Below, in pieces: positions 1 to 8,112 of a stretch of 64,000 nucleotides of DNA. The notes under the pieces are model-generated. The model ran no database searches and was not told the DNA's origin. It saw only the letters and a list, made by a program, of their open reading frames with translations. How positions within the stretch are numbered: the stretch's first letter is position 1; each line of letters opens with the position of its first letter. The position numbers and the translations under genes were made by a program. This stretch comes from an uncultured Lachnospiraceae bacterium. Its GTDB lineage: Bacteria; Bacillota; Clostridia; Lachnospirales; Lachnospiraceae. The stretch spans positions 66,367 through 130,366 of the forward strand of contig CANOVJ010000002.1 in the NCBI GenBank assembly GCA_947570615.1, given 5' to 3'.

Positions 1-2
1 AG

Positions 3-869
3 ACCCTGGATACGGTGCGGGGGCTTTACACCTTTCTGATCGGGGAAAAGTTTGACCGCAGGGATCTTCTCATCGCCCTGGGGGGCGGCGTGGTGGGGGA
101 TCTCACCGGTTTTGCGGCGGCCACCTATTTAAGAGGGATCGATTTCGTACAGATTCCCACTACGCTCCTGGCCCAGGCGGATTCCGCCATCGGCGGCAAG
201 ACAGGAGTCGATTTCGACGGATATAAAAATATGGTCGGCGCCTTTTATATGCCCCGTCTGGTGTATATGAATGTCAAAACCCTGAAAACACTGGATGACC
301 GGCAGTTTTTCAGCGGCTTTGCGGAGATTATGAAGCACGGGCTGATCAAAGACGCGCTTTTCTACGAATGGCTTCTGGATCATATGTATGAGATCTGCGA
401 CCGGGAGGAGGAGACGCTGCTGGAGATGGTGGAGCGGAGCTGTACCATCAAAAAGCTGGTGGTGGAAAAGGATCCCCTGGAAAAGGGCGATCGTGCGCTT
501 CTCAATTTCGGCCATACCATAGGACATGCCATCGAAAAGGCAGTAAACTTTACCCTCACCCACGGAGAATGCGTCACTCTCGGAGCCGTGGCGGCAGCTT
601 TTATCTCCTGGAAGCATGAATGGCTCTCCATGGAGGAATACTATGAGATAAGAGATATGTTTGTGCCCTTTAACCTGCCGATCTCCATCGAGAATATCGA
701 TCCGCAGGAAGTCTTAAGACTCACCAGATCCGATAAGAAGATGGAGGGAGACAGTATTAAGTTTGTCCTTCTCAAAAAGGTGGGAAAGGCGCTGATCGAC
801 AGAACTGTCACGGACGAGGATATTCTGAACGCCATCTCTGAAATCCATTATGTGGAGGATGATGAATAA
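3..869 (+). CDS. aroB: 3-dehydroquinate synthase (5' end outside window)
   Basis: Motifs ALGGGVVGDLTGFAAATYLRG, PTTLLAQ.DSAIGGKTG, LNFGHTIGHAIE; frame is open to the left edge. Confidence 0.93.
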   Translation, partial: TLDTVRGLYTFLIGEKFDRRDLLIALGGGVVGDLTGFAAATYLRGIDFVQIPTTLLAQADSAIGGKTGVDFDGYKNMVGAFYMPRLVYMNVKTLKTLDDRQFFSGFAEIMKHGLIKDALFYEWLLDHMYEICDREEETLLEMVERSCTIKKLVVEKDPLEKGDRALLNFGHTIGHAIEKAVNFTLTHGECVTLGAVAAAFISWKHEWLSMEEYYEIRDMFVPFNLPISIENIDPQEVLRLTRSDKKMEGDSIKFVLLKKVGKALIDRTVTDEDILNAISEIHYVEDDE

Positions 870-894
870 CGGGGAAAGGAGCCCGGCTGCAGCT

Positions 895-1428
895 ATGGAA
901 AGACGTAAAGCCAGATTACTGCTTTTTGATTTTTTAGTGACAACGGCGCTGGTGCTGTTCGACCAGCTCACCAAGTATATGGCCGTGGAAAGACTGAAGG
1001 ACCAGCCTGCCATTTCCCTGATCGACGGCGTTCTCTCGCTCCAGTATCTGGAGAATAAGGGAGCGGCCTTCGGCCTTCTGCAGAATCAGAAGTATTTCTT
1101 CGTGGCAGTGGCAGTATTGTTTCTCTGTGTGATTGCCTGCGTCCTGGTCAAAGCGCCTGCGGAGCGAAAATATGACCGGCTGAATATCCTTCTTGCGGTG
1201 ATTGCCGCGGGAGCGCTGGGGAATCTGATCGACCGGCTGCGCCTTGACTATGTGGTGGATTTTATTTATATTGTGTTGATCAATTTCCCCATCTTCAATG
1301 TGGCGGATATGTATGTGACCTTTTCCGCCGCGCTCCTGGTTATTCAGGTGTTGTTCGTATATCAGGATGAGGATTTTACCTTTTTAAGTTTTCGAAAAAA
1401 GAAGGTATTTGAGAATGGAAAAACTTGA
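895..1428 (+). CDS. lspA: Lipoprotein signal peptidase II
   Basis: DQLTK, NKGAAFG, GALGNLIDR, VVDFI, FNVAD motifs; start chosen at ATG 895 behind ggaaaggag. Confidence 0.92.
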   Translation: MERRKARLLLFDFLVTTALVLFDQLTKYMAVERLKDQPAISLIDGVLSLQYLENKGAAFGLLQNQKYFFVAVAVLFLCVIACVLVKAPAERKYDRLNILLAVIAAGALGNLIDRLRLDYVVDFIYIVLINFPIFNVADMYVTFSAALLVIQVLFVYQDEDFTFLSFRKKKVFENGKT

Positions 1429-2344
1429 TGATTTTTCTTTCACGGTAACAGAAGATCTGCTTCCCCCCGGCGGGGAGGATGAGAGAGTGGACAAGGTGGT
1501 AAGCAGTTTTGCAGACGCCCTGTCCCGTTCTTATATTCAGAAGCTTCTGGCGCAGGGAAGCATCACGGTAAACGGGAAAAGGGTGAAATCCAGCTTCCGC
1601 GTGGGGGCGGAGGATCAGATTTCGATCCGCCTCCCGCAGGCCGTCACACCGGACATCGAGCCGGAGGATATACCGCTCTGTGTCCTCTATGAGGATCAGG
1701 ATGTGATCGTAGTGGACAAGCCCAAGAATATGGTGGTACATCCGGCTCCCGGTCATTACAGCGGCACGCTGGTGAACGCGCTTTTGTATCACTGCCGGGG
1801 GAATCTGAGCGGGATCAACGGAATCCTGCGCCCCGGGATCGTGCATCGGATTGACCGCGATACCACGGGTTCCGTGATTGCGTGCAAAAATGACAGGGCC
1901 CATGAGAGTATCGCGAAGCAGCTTAAGGCGCACAGTATTGTGCGGCGGTATCACGCGATTGTACACGGGGTTCTAAAGGAGGACGGGACCGTTCATACCC
2001 TGATCGGCAGGCATCCCACGGATCGCAAAAAAATGGCGGTTCTCTCCGGCGGCGGGAAGGACGCCGTTACCCATTACAGGATACTGAAGCAGTATGACAG
2101 GTTCACCTATATTGAATGCGCTCTGGAGACCGGGCGCACCCATCAGATCAGAGTCCATATGGCACATATCGGTCATCCTCTGCTGGGAGATACGGTATAC
2201 GGGCCAAAGAGCTGTCCCTTTTCGCTGGAGGGGCAGACCCTTCACGCAAAAATACTCGGGTTTTTGCATCCGGCTACGGGAGAATATGTGGAGGTGGACG
2301 CGCCCCTTCCGGCATACTTTCAGGAATTGCTTCGCAAAATCTGA
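1415..2344 (+). CDS. rluD: RluA/RluD family pseudouridine synthase
   Basis: N-terminal S4-like segment, RPGIVHRIDRDTTG catalytic motif, LETGRTHQIRVH. Confidence 0.88.
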   Translation: MEKLDDFSFTVTEDLLPPGGEDERVDKVVSSFADALSRSYIQKLLAQGSITVNGKRVKSSFRVGAEDQISIRLPQAVTPDIEPEDIPLCVLYEDQDVIVVDKPKNMVVHPAPGHYSGTLVNALLYHCRGNLSGINGILRPGIVHRIDRDTTGSVIACKNDRAHESIAKQLKAHSIVRRYHAIVHGVLKEDGTVHTLIGRHPTDRKKMAVLSGGGKDAVTHYRILKQYDRFTYIECALETGRTHQIRVHMAHIGHPLLGDTVYGPKSCPFSLEGQTLHAKILGFLHPATGEYVEVDAPLPAYFQELLRKI

Positions 2345-2382
2345 TTGAAACGATTAATATTTGTGAATATGCTTAAGGATGA

Positions 2383-2411
2383 TTGAATTATTCCCCCTTT
2401 TTATGTATAAT
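2383..2411 (+). promoter_or_regulatory. Sigma-A type promoter of the cytidylate kinase-like gene
   Basis: TTGAAT-17 bp-TATAAT upstream of RBS caggagg. Confidence 0.65.
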
Positions 2412-2461
2412 AATAACATAAGATAAGTTTCTCTGAAATAAAAAAGACAGGAGGCGTTTAT

Positions 2462-3085
2462 ATGAATACAGTTGTGACGATTGGCCGTCAGTTTGGCTCG
2501 GGCGGGCGTGAAATCGGCGAAAAGGTTGCGGAGTATTTTGGGATTAAGTGCTATGACAAGGAGCTCCTGAGCAGAGCCGCGAAGGAAAGCGGATTCTGCG
2601 AGGAAATGCTGGAGAATCATGACGAGAGGCCTACCAGTTCCTTTCTCTATAATCTGGTAATGGATACGTATTCCTTCGGCTATAATGCGTCGCATTTTGT
2701 GGAGATGCCTATCAGCCATAAGGTTTTTCTGGCACAGTTTGATACCATCAAGAAAATCGCTCAGGAGGAGCCCTGTGTGATCGTCGGTCGCTGTGCGGAT
2801 TATGCGCTCAGCGAAATGAAAAACTGCGTACATTTGTTCATCTATGCGGATGAGGAAAGCAAAACCAGGCGGATCATGAAAAAATATGATCTGGATATAG
2901 CCAGGGCCAAGGACATGTGCATCAAAAAAGACAAACAGCGCCAAAGCTATTATAATTATTATTCCTCCAAAAAATGGGGACGCGCCGACAGCTACGACCT
3001 GTGTATCAACAGCGGAGTTCTCGGCGTGGAAGGCACGGCGAAGCTGATTATCCAGTATATAGAGGATTTTGAAAACCGAAAATGA
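2462..3085 (+). CDS. Cytidylate kinase-like family protein
   Basis: VTIGRQFGSGG P-loop, VIVGRCADY, YDLCINS motifs. Confidence 0.85.
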   Translation: MNTVVTIGRQFGSGGREIGEKVAEYFGIKCYDKELLSRAAKESGFCEEMLENHDERPTSSFLYNLVMDTYSFGYNASHFVEMPISHKVFLAQFDTIKKIAQEEPCVIVGRCADYALSEMKNCVHLFIYADEESKTRRIMKKYDLDIARAKDMCIKKDKQRQSYYNYYSSKKWGRADSYDLCINSGVLGVEGTAKLIIQYIEDFENRK

Positions 3086-3123
3086 GAGCCGGATGAGGCG
3101 ATGCGGGCAGCCAGGTATGGCAT

Positions 3124-3161
3124 CCAACTATTCGCAAAACACAAGTTTAACGAATAGTTGG
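3124..3161. repeat. Intergenic inverted repeat (terminator or REP-like)
   Basis: ccaactattcg-16 nt-cgaatagttgg, perfect 11-bp arms. Confidence 0.6.
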
Positions 3162-3265
3162 CACGATAAAGCAGTTTTGAGTTTATATTATTTCTTAATA
3201 ACGTTTGCTCTTGCCCGTTGAACCTGAGCTTATAATAACGGTTATGAAAGGAGCTATTTATTGTC

Positions 3266-4186
3266 ATGAAAAGATTATTTGCATTCGCCCTTGCCGCAGT
3301 AGTTTTTGCGTCGTCCCCGGTCAGCGCGCTCGCGGCTCCGGAGACAATGCCCGGCGGGGAAACCTTCGACGCGGAGTTCTACGCCCGCAACAATCCGGAT
3401 GTGGTAGCCGCCCTCGGCACGGATACGGCGGCTCTTTACGGACATTACGTCAACCATGGTAAGGGGGAAGGCAGAAAGCCTTTTGCAGATGCGCCTGCAA
3501 AGACTTCGCAGGCCGTACCCGCAGGGAATGAGAACTTTGACGCCGGATATTATGCCCGCAACAATCCGGATGTGGCAGCCGCCCTTGGCACGGATGAGAC
3601 TGCTCTTTATAATCATTATATCAATTATGGTCGCGCGGAAGGACGAAAGCCCTGTGGAACCGCCGCCAATACGCCTGCTCCTGCGCAGACCGCGCAGCAG
3701 ACTGTGGTTACGGATCAGTTCCTCAAGGATGCCGTAAGGGTTCATAATTACTACAAAAATATTCCCGCAGAAGGGATTGATACGGCGGACGCCGTGGCAA
3801 AGCAGATTGCCGATTCAATTATGGGAAACGCCGCATATACCACAGACCTGCAGCGTGTGAGCGCTGCGGCCGAGACAGTGGCCGGTTATTGTAACAGTTG
3901 TATTTATGGCTCTGACAGTCAGAAGTATTACCGCTCTCCCTTCGGCGTATTTGTGGCGGGGGTCTATACCTGTGCCGGATCCACAAGGGCTCTTGGAAGA
4001 GTTCTGGATTATATGGGATTTACCTGGCAGCACACGAATGAAAACCAGAATCGTCATCAGTGGTGTATTGTGACCATGGACGGACAGACCGGTTTCGCAG
4101 ATGGCATGGGCGGAATCGCGGGATATGGCGCCATGGAAAACGGAATGATATTGCCGGACGGCAGAATGATCTTTTTTGCTGAATAA
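3266..4186 (+). CDS. Secreted protein with two ~40-aa repeats and a transglutaminase-like C-terminal domain
   Basis: Signal peptide MKRLFAFALAAVVFASSPVSALA; repeat FDAxxYARNNPDVxAALGTD...HYxNxGxxEGRKP twice; YTCAG...HQW...DG Cys/His/Asp pattern. Confidence 0.65.
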   Translation: MKRLFAFALAAVVFASSPVSALAAPETMPGGETFDAEFYARNNPDVVAALGTDTAALYGHYVNHGKGEGRKPFADAPAKTSQAVPAGNENFDAGYYARNNPDVAAALGTDETALYNHYINYGRAEGRKPCGTAANTPAPAQTAQQTVVTDQFLKDAVRVHNYYKNIPAEGIDTADAVAKQIADSIMGNAAYTTDLQRVSAAAETVAGYCNSCIYGSDSQKYYRSPFGVFVAGVYTCAGSTRALGRVLDYMGFTWQHTNENQNRHQWCIVTMDGQTGFADGMGGIAGYGAMENGMILPDGRMIFFAE

Positions 4187-4216
4187 AGTCTGACAGTCCA
4201 AAGCCTGGCAGGCAAA

Positions 4217-4257
4217 CGGAGTAAGTTTACATAATAATATTATGTAAACTTACTCCG
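4217..4257. repeat. 41-bp palindrome containing two dif-type (TTATGTAAACT) arms
   Basis: cggagtaagtttacataat-aat-attatgtaaacttactccg; the 14 nt at 4237-4250 match the right end of B. subtilis dif as I recall it (ATATTATGTAAACT). Confidence 0.7.
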
Positions 4258-4270
4258 GATATACCGGCGG

Positions 4271-4549
4271 CTATCTGTCCTGCCCTCTCTTCCGCTTTCC
4301 CGGCGGATCGCTTCCCTCCTTCAAAAACTCGCTTTTCTCCACAAAATCAACGGAACTGTTGTATTTACTCTGGTATCTGGTATAACCCTGGGGCAGATCT
4401 GTTTTTTCCTGTAAGGATTTTTCCAGATATCTCTTTCGAAATTCCTTTACCGTATCGATCTGATTATTCTTTTTCCTTCTGTGCCTGATAAATGTATAGG
4501 CGTATACGACAATCAGAAAAGCGCCGACTCCGATCAGGGCATATTTCAT
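4271..4549 (-). CDS. Small hypothetical protein with N-terminal membrane anchor
   Basis: MKYALIGVGAFLIVVYAYTFI hydrophobic start, RBS ggagagg. Confidence 0.65.
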   Translation of the reverse strand: MKYALIGVGAFLIVVYAYTFIRHRRKKNNQIDTVKEFRKRYLEKSLQEKTDLPQGYTRYQSKYNSSVDFVEKSEFLKEGSDPPGKRKRGQDR

Positions 4550-4569
4550 ACAAATTCTCCTCTCCAATG

Positions 4570-5031
4570 CTATGGCATATTACCGGTCAGTTCATCCGAG
4601 TCCAGGGTCACTGTGAAAGGCCCGTCATTCACAAGAGAAACCTCCATGTGTGCTCCGAAAACGCCATGGGCCACGTGAGGGATTTCCTCCCTGCATTTTC
4701 TGAGGATATATTCGTACATTTCGTTGGCGAAATCCGGCCTGCCTGCCCTGATAAAGGATGGCCGGTTTCCCTTCCGGCAGTCCGCATATAAGGTAAACTG
4801 CGAAATAATCAGCAATTCGCCGTTTACAGCCCCGATGTCCAGGTTGGTTTTTCCGTTCTCATCTGAAAATATCCGCAGATGAAGCAGCTTGTGTATCATT
4901 CTGTCCGCAATTTCCTGTGTGTCGGTGTCGCAGATCCCGGCCAGAACCAGAAGCCCTGCGGAAATCTCTCCCACACTCTCTCCCTCCGCGGCCACTCTGG
5001 CCTGACTGACTCTCTGTATCACAAATCTCAT
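4570..5031 (-). CDS. dtd: D-aminoacyl-tRNA deacylase
   Basis: MRFVIQRV start, SQFTL and NDGPFT motifs. Confidence 0.93.
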   Translation of the reverse strand: MRFVIQRVSQARVAAEGESVGEISAGLLVLAGICDTDTQEIADRMIHKLLHLRIFSDENGKTNLDIGAVNGELLIISQFTLYADCRKGNRPSFIRAGRPDFANEMYEYILRKCREEIPHVAHGVFGAHMEVSLVNDGPFTVTLDSDELTGNMP

Positions 5032-5091
5032 ATTTATAACCATGCTCCTTTCCAAAGTGTGGGGACAAAAAGTCTTTCAAAACAGAGTCCT

Positions 5092-5748
5092 TCAGACTGA
5101 CCACCGGATCCATTTATGTCCTTCGGGGTACATAACTGTCAGGGCGTCATTCAGCCAGCTCCTCTGCCGGCTGCTCATGGCGGCAACGGCATTGTCATAG
5201 TCGCTCTGATACCCTTCCCTTTCGGTATCTGTGGACTTATAAAGCAGACACATCTCCGGCGACAGATACGGCAGACTGCCGTTATATAATACAGCGTCGG
5301 ATACTGCCTGTCGGATCGTATGATTGCGCGCATACAGCAGGTCCTTATCGTCTCTGTCGTTGAATAAGAATTCCATAAAATTCAGCTTTGTCAGTCCTGT
5401 GTGCCTGAAATCGAGGAAATACATATCTGCTTCATCCGCCGCATTTAAGCATACCAGCTCACAGTCCTGCGTACAGCAGAAAATGTTTCGTTTAAGTCTG
5501 ATCTGATTGCTGATATCGGTAATATGATGGACCTTTCCGCCTCCGAGCATTTCATATACCTGAAGCCCCAGCGATTGCATATACTGAATAATTGTGTCGC
5601 GTTCCGGCCAGTATGCAAGAATATCGATGTCACCATGTTTTCGCGTCTCTCTTCCCAAAAATAAATCAATGGCCCATCCGCCACAGAAGGCATACTCAAA
5701 ACCGTGATTCTGCAAAAGCTCATTTGCCTGGATTAGAAGATTGTTCAT
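5092..5748 (-). CDS. Nucleotidyltransferase, ANT(2'')/Lnu-like family
   Basis: CGGWAIDLFLGRETRKHGDIDI metal-binding motif; LSPEMCLLYK C-terminal motif. Confidence 0.7.
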   Translation of the reverse strand: MNNLLIQANELLQNHGFEYAFCGGWAIDLFLGRETRKHGDIDILAYWPERDTIIQYMQSLGLQVYEMLGGGKVHHITDISNQIRLKRNIFCCTQDCELVCLNAADEADMYFLDFRHTGLTKLNFMEFLFNDRDDKDLLYARNHTIRQAVSDAVLYNGSLPYLSPEMCLLYKSTDTEREGYQSDYDNAVAAMSSRQRSWLNDALTVMYPEGHKWIRWSV

Positions 5749-5771
5749 GCTGTCACCTCACTTTTTTCAGG

Positions 5772-7109
5772 TTATGATTTCCTCTGTTCAGAATTTCGTC
5801 CGGCGGAAATGTTCTTTTTCGGGCGACCGAAAATTTTCAGGCGTCTGAAAAGAGAACCGCCTCCGACCTTTTCTTCTATGGGGACGAAGACATCCTCATC
5901 AATGTAATCTACTTTCAGATAACGGTCGGTCTCCACCGGTAACCCTCTCCTCTCAAGCATATGATTTGTCATCCTGCGGATCATGGCATAAAGCACCGCA
6001 AAGAAAGGAACACCGATAATCATACCGGGAACCCCGAGGATTCCGCCAAAGATGGTGATGGAAAAAATCACCCAGAAGCCTGACAGGCCTGTGGACTGGC
6101 CAAGAATCTTGGGCCCGATCAGGTTTCCGTCCACCTGCTGAAGAACCAGGATAAAGATTACAAAGTAGATCGCCTGAACGGGATTTACCATCAGAATCAG
6201 GATCGTGCTCGGAACCGCCCCCAGGTAGGGGCCAAAAAACGGGATTACGTTCGTCACGCCGATAATCACGCTGATCAGCAGAGCATAGGGCATTTTAAGG
6301 ATGGTCGTTCCCGCAAAGCAGATGACGCCGATAATGATGGAATCAATGATCTTTCCGCTGATAAAGCCGATAAAGGTATCGCTGATGAAACGGATATCCT
6401 TAATAAACTGATTGGCTGTTTTCGTGTTAAAGAGCGCGAACACGATTTTTTTTGCCTGTCCGGCATGGAGCTCCTTGTTATAGAGTACATAAATGGAGAT
6501 AATCACCCCGATAATAATATTCCAGAGCGCTTTGAGCACGCCGATCATACTCATTGAGAGCTGCTTTACCAGCGTCTCCATCTGCGGAATGATACTGCCG
6601 TTCAGATACCGGGTAAACTCCTCCGAATATTCGTCCAGAATCCGGATCACCATTTTTTCAATATCCGGATTGTCCTCCAGAAAACGGGCGGACCAGTTGG
6701 TCAGATTCTCAACATAGTCAGGGAACTGACTGGCAATGCTTCGTATACTCGTGATAATATTGGGAATCAGAATGGAAAAAAATCCGTAAATCAGCCAGAT
6801 CACAATCAGTACCGTGATAAAAACAGAACATGCGCGCATATATTTTTTCTGTTTTGGAGGGACAGAGTCTTTATCCCTCTGCCAGAGGGGTAACAGAAGA
6901 CGCTTTTCGATTCCGTTGACCATTGGGGTCATGAGGTAGGCAAAGATAATTCCGGAAAGCACCGGGCTGATCACCCTGAAAAAAGAGTCAAGCTGGGCGG
7001 AAAACCGGTCTCCGTGGAATACAAGATAATAAAAACAGATAGACGCCGCTACAACTGTAAAGGCGGTGATACCGATACGAAAGTATCTTTTGTTAAATGG
7101 AAATTTCAT
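5772..7109 (-). CDS. AI-2E family transporter
   Basis: Multi-TM; NVIPFFGPYLG, QQVDGNLIGPKILG, GVPGMIIGVP motifs. Confidence 0.88.
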   Translation of the reverse strand: MKFPFNKRYFRIGITAFTVVAASICFYYLVFHGDRFSAQLDSFFRVISPVLSGIIFAYLMTPMVNGIEKRLLLPLWQRDKDSVPPKQKKYMRACSVFITVLIVIWLIYGFFSILIPNIITSIRSIASQFPDYVENLTNWSARFLEDNPDIEKMVIRILDEYSEEFTRYLNGSIIPQMETLVKQLSMSMIGVLKALWNIIIGVIISIYVLYNKELHAGQAKKIVFALFNTKTANQFIKDIRFISDTFIGFISGKIIDSIIIGVICFAGTTILKMPYALLISVIIGVTNVIPFFGPYLGAVPSTILILMVNPVQAIYFVIFILVLQQVDGNLIGPKILGQSTGLSGFWVIFSITIFGGILGVPGMIIGVPFFAVLYAMIRRMTNHMLERRGLPVETDRYLKVDYIDEDVFVPIEEKVGGGSLFRRLKIFGRPKKNISAGRNSEQRKS

Positions 7110-7266
7110 GGGAAAGCTCCTTTGTGCGTTTAAATCCTCTCCTTTTAAGTATAGCATTTTTTTCAAAAAGATACTATGTTATTTGGCGGGAAATGTGGTA
7201 AAATTAAGGGCGGTTCCACACAGAAGGAGCCTTATGTCAAAAGAAATACCTCCGGGAGGAAGAATA

Positions 7267-8112
7267 TTGAATCTGCAAAAGGTACTGAGCTTCGTCCGCC
7301 GCGCGGTGGATGATTATCATATGATAGAAAAGGGCGATCACATCGCGGTGGGAATTTCGGGGGGGAAGGACAGTCTGACGCTTCTTTATGCCCTGCACGG
7401 TCTGATGCGTTTTTACCCGGAGGATTTTACCATTCACGCTGTGACCGTGGATCTGGGGTTTGGCAATCAGGATCTGACGAAAATCGAAGCGCTTTGCGTC
7501 CGGCTCGCCGTTCCCTACACCATTGTAAGGACGGATATTGCGGACATTGTTTTTCAGGAGAGAAAAGAAAGCAATCCCTGTTCTCTGTGTGCGAAGATGC
7601 GCAAGGGCGCGTTAAACGAAGCGATCAAAAAGGCCGGCTGTAACAAAGTCGCCTATGCCCATCACAGGGATGATGTGGTGGAAACCATGATAATGTCGCT
7701 GATTTATGAGGGAAGATTCCACACCTTCCGCCCGGTCACCTATCTGGACCGAATGGATCTGACGGTGATCCGGCCGCTGATCTACATGAATGAGGCGGAT
7801 GTGATCGGTTTCGTCAATAAGATGCAGCTTCCTGTGGTAAAGAGCCCCTGCCCGGCGGACGGCAGCACCAAACGGGAATACGCCAAAGAGCTGGTGAGAA
7901 GGATCAATCAGGACAGCCCCGGCGCAAAAATGAGGATGTTCACAGCCATTCAGAGCAGCGGCATCGACGGGTGGGAAACAAACGCTGTCACGCTCCGCGA
8001 GCCAGCTTATTGTAATAAATGTCAGCGAGCCGGAGACTCCTCTGCCGCCCTCTCCCGCAGAGCGGGATCAAAGAAAGGCATAAAAGATGGAAAACAGCAA
8101 AAATTATCATGA
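7267..8112 (+). CDS. ttcA: TtcA-family tRNA thiolation PP-loop ATPase (atypical C-terminal extension)
   Basis: SGGKDS PP-loop, PCSLC, AHHRDD, SPCP motifs; TTG start behind gggagga. Confidence 0.82.
   Translation: MNLQKVLSFVRRAVDDYHMIEKGDHIAVGISGGKDSLTLLYALHGLMRFYPEDFTIHAVTVDLGFGNQDLTKIEALCVRLAVPYTIVRTDIADIVFQERKESNPCSLCAKMRKGALNEAIKKAGCNKVAYAHHRDDVVETMIMSLIYEGRFHTFRPVTYLDRMDLTVIRPLIYMNEADVIGFVNKMQLPVVKSPCPADGSTKREYAKELVRRINQDSPGAKMRMFTAIQSSGIDGWETNAVTLREPAYCNKCQRAGDSSAALSRRAGSKKGIKDGKQQKLS
7978..8013 (+). repeat. Dispersed REP-like element, copy 1
   Basis: acaaacgctgtcacgctccgcgagccagcttattgt; differs from copy 5 at one base. Confidence 0.75.

Noticed and set aside
4217-4257. Palindrome as a protelomerase (hairpin telomere) target
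   Set aside because: It has odd length with an asymmetric centre, and there is no TelN/ResT-like gene in the window; the dif-arm match is the simpler reading
5092-5748. Naming it a known resistance gene (aadB or lnu)
   Set aside because: Only the fold motif is recognisable; overall identity cannot be judged without a search
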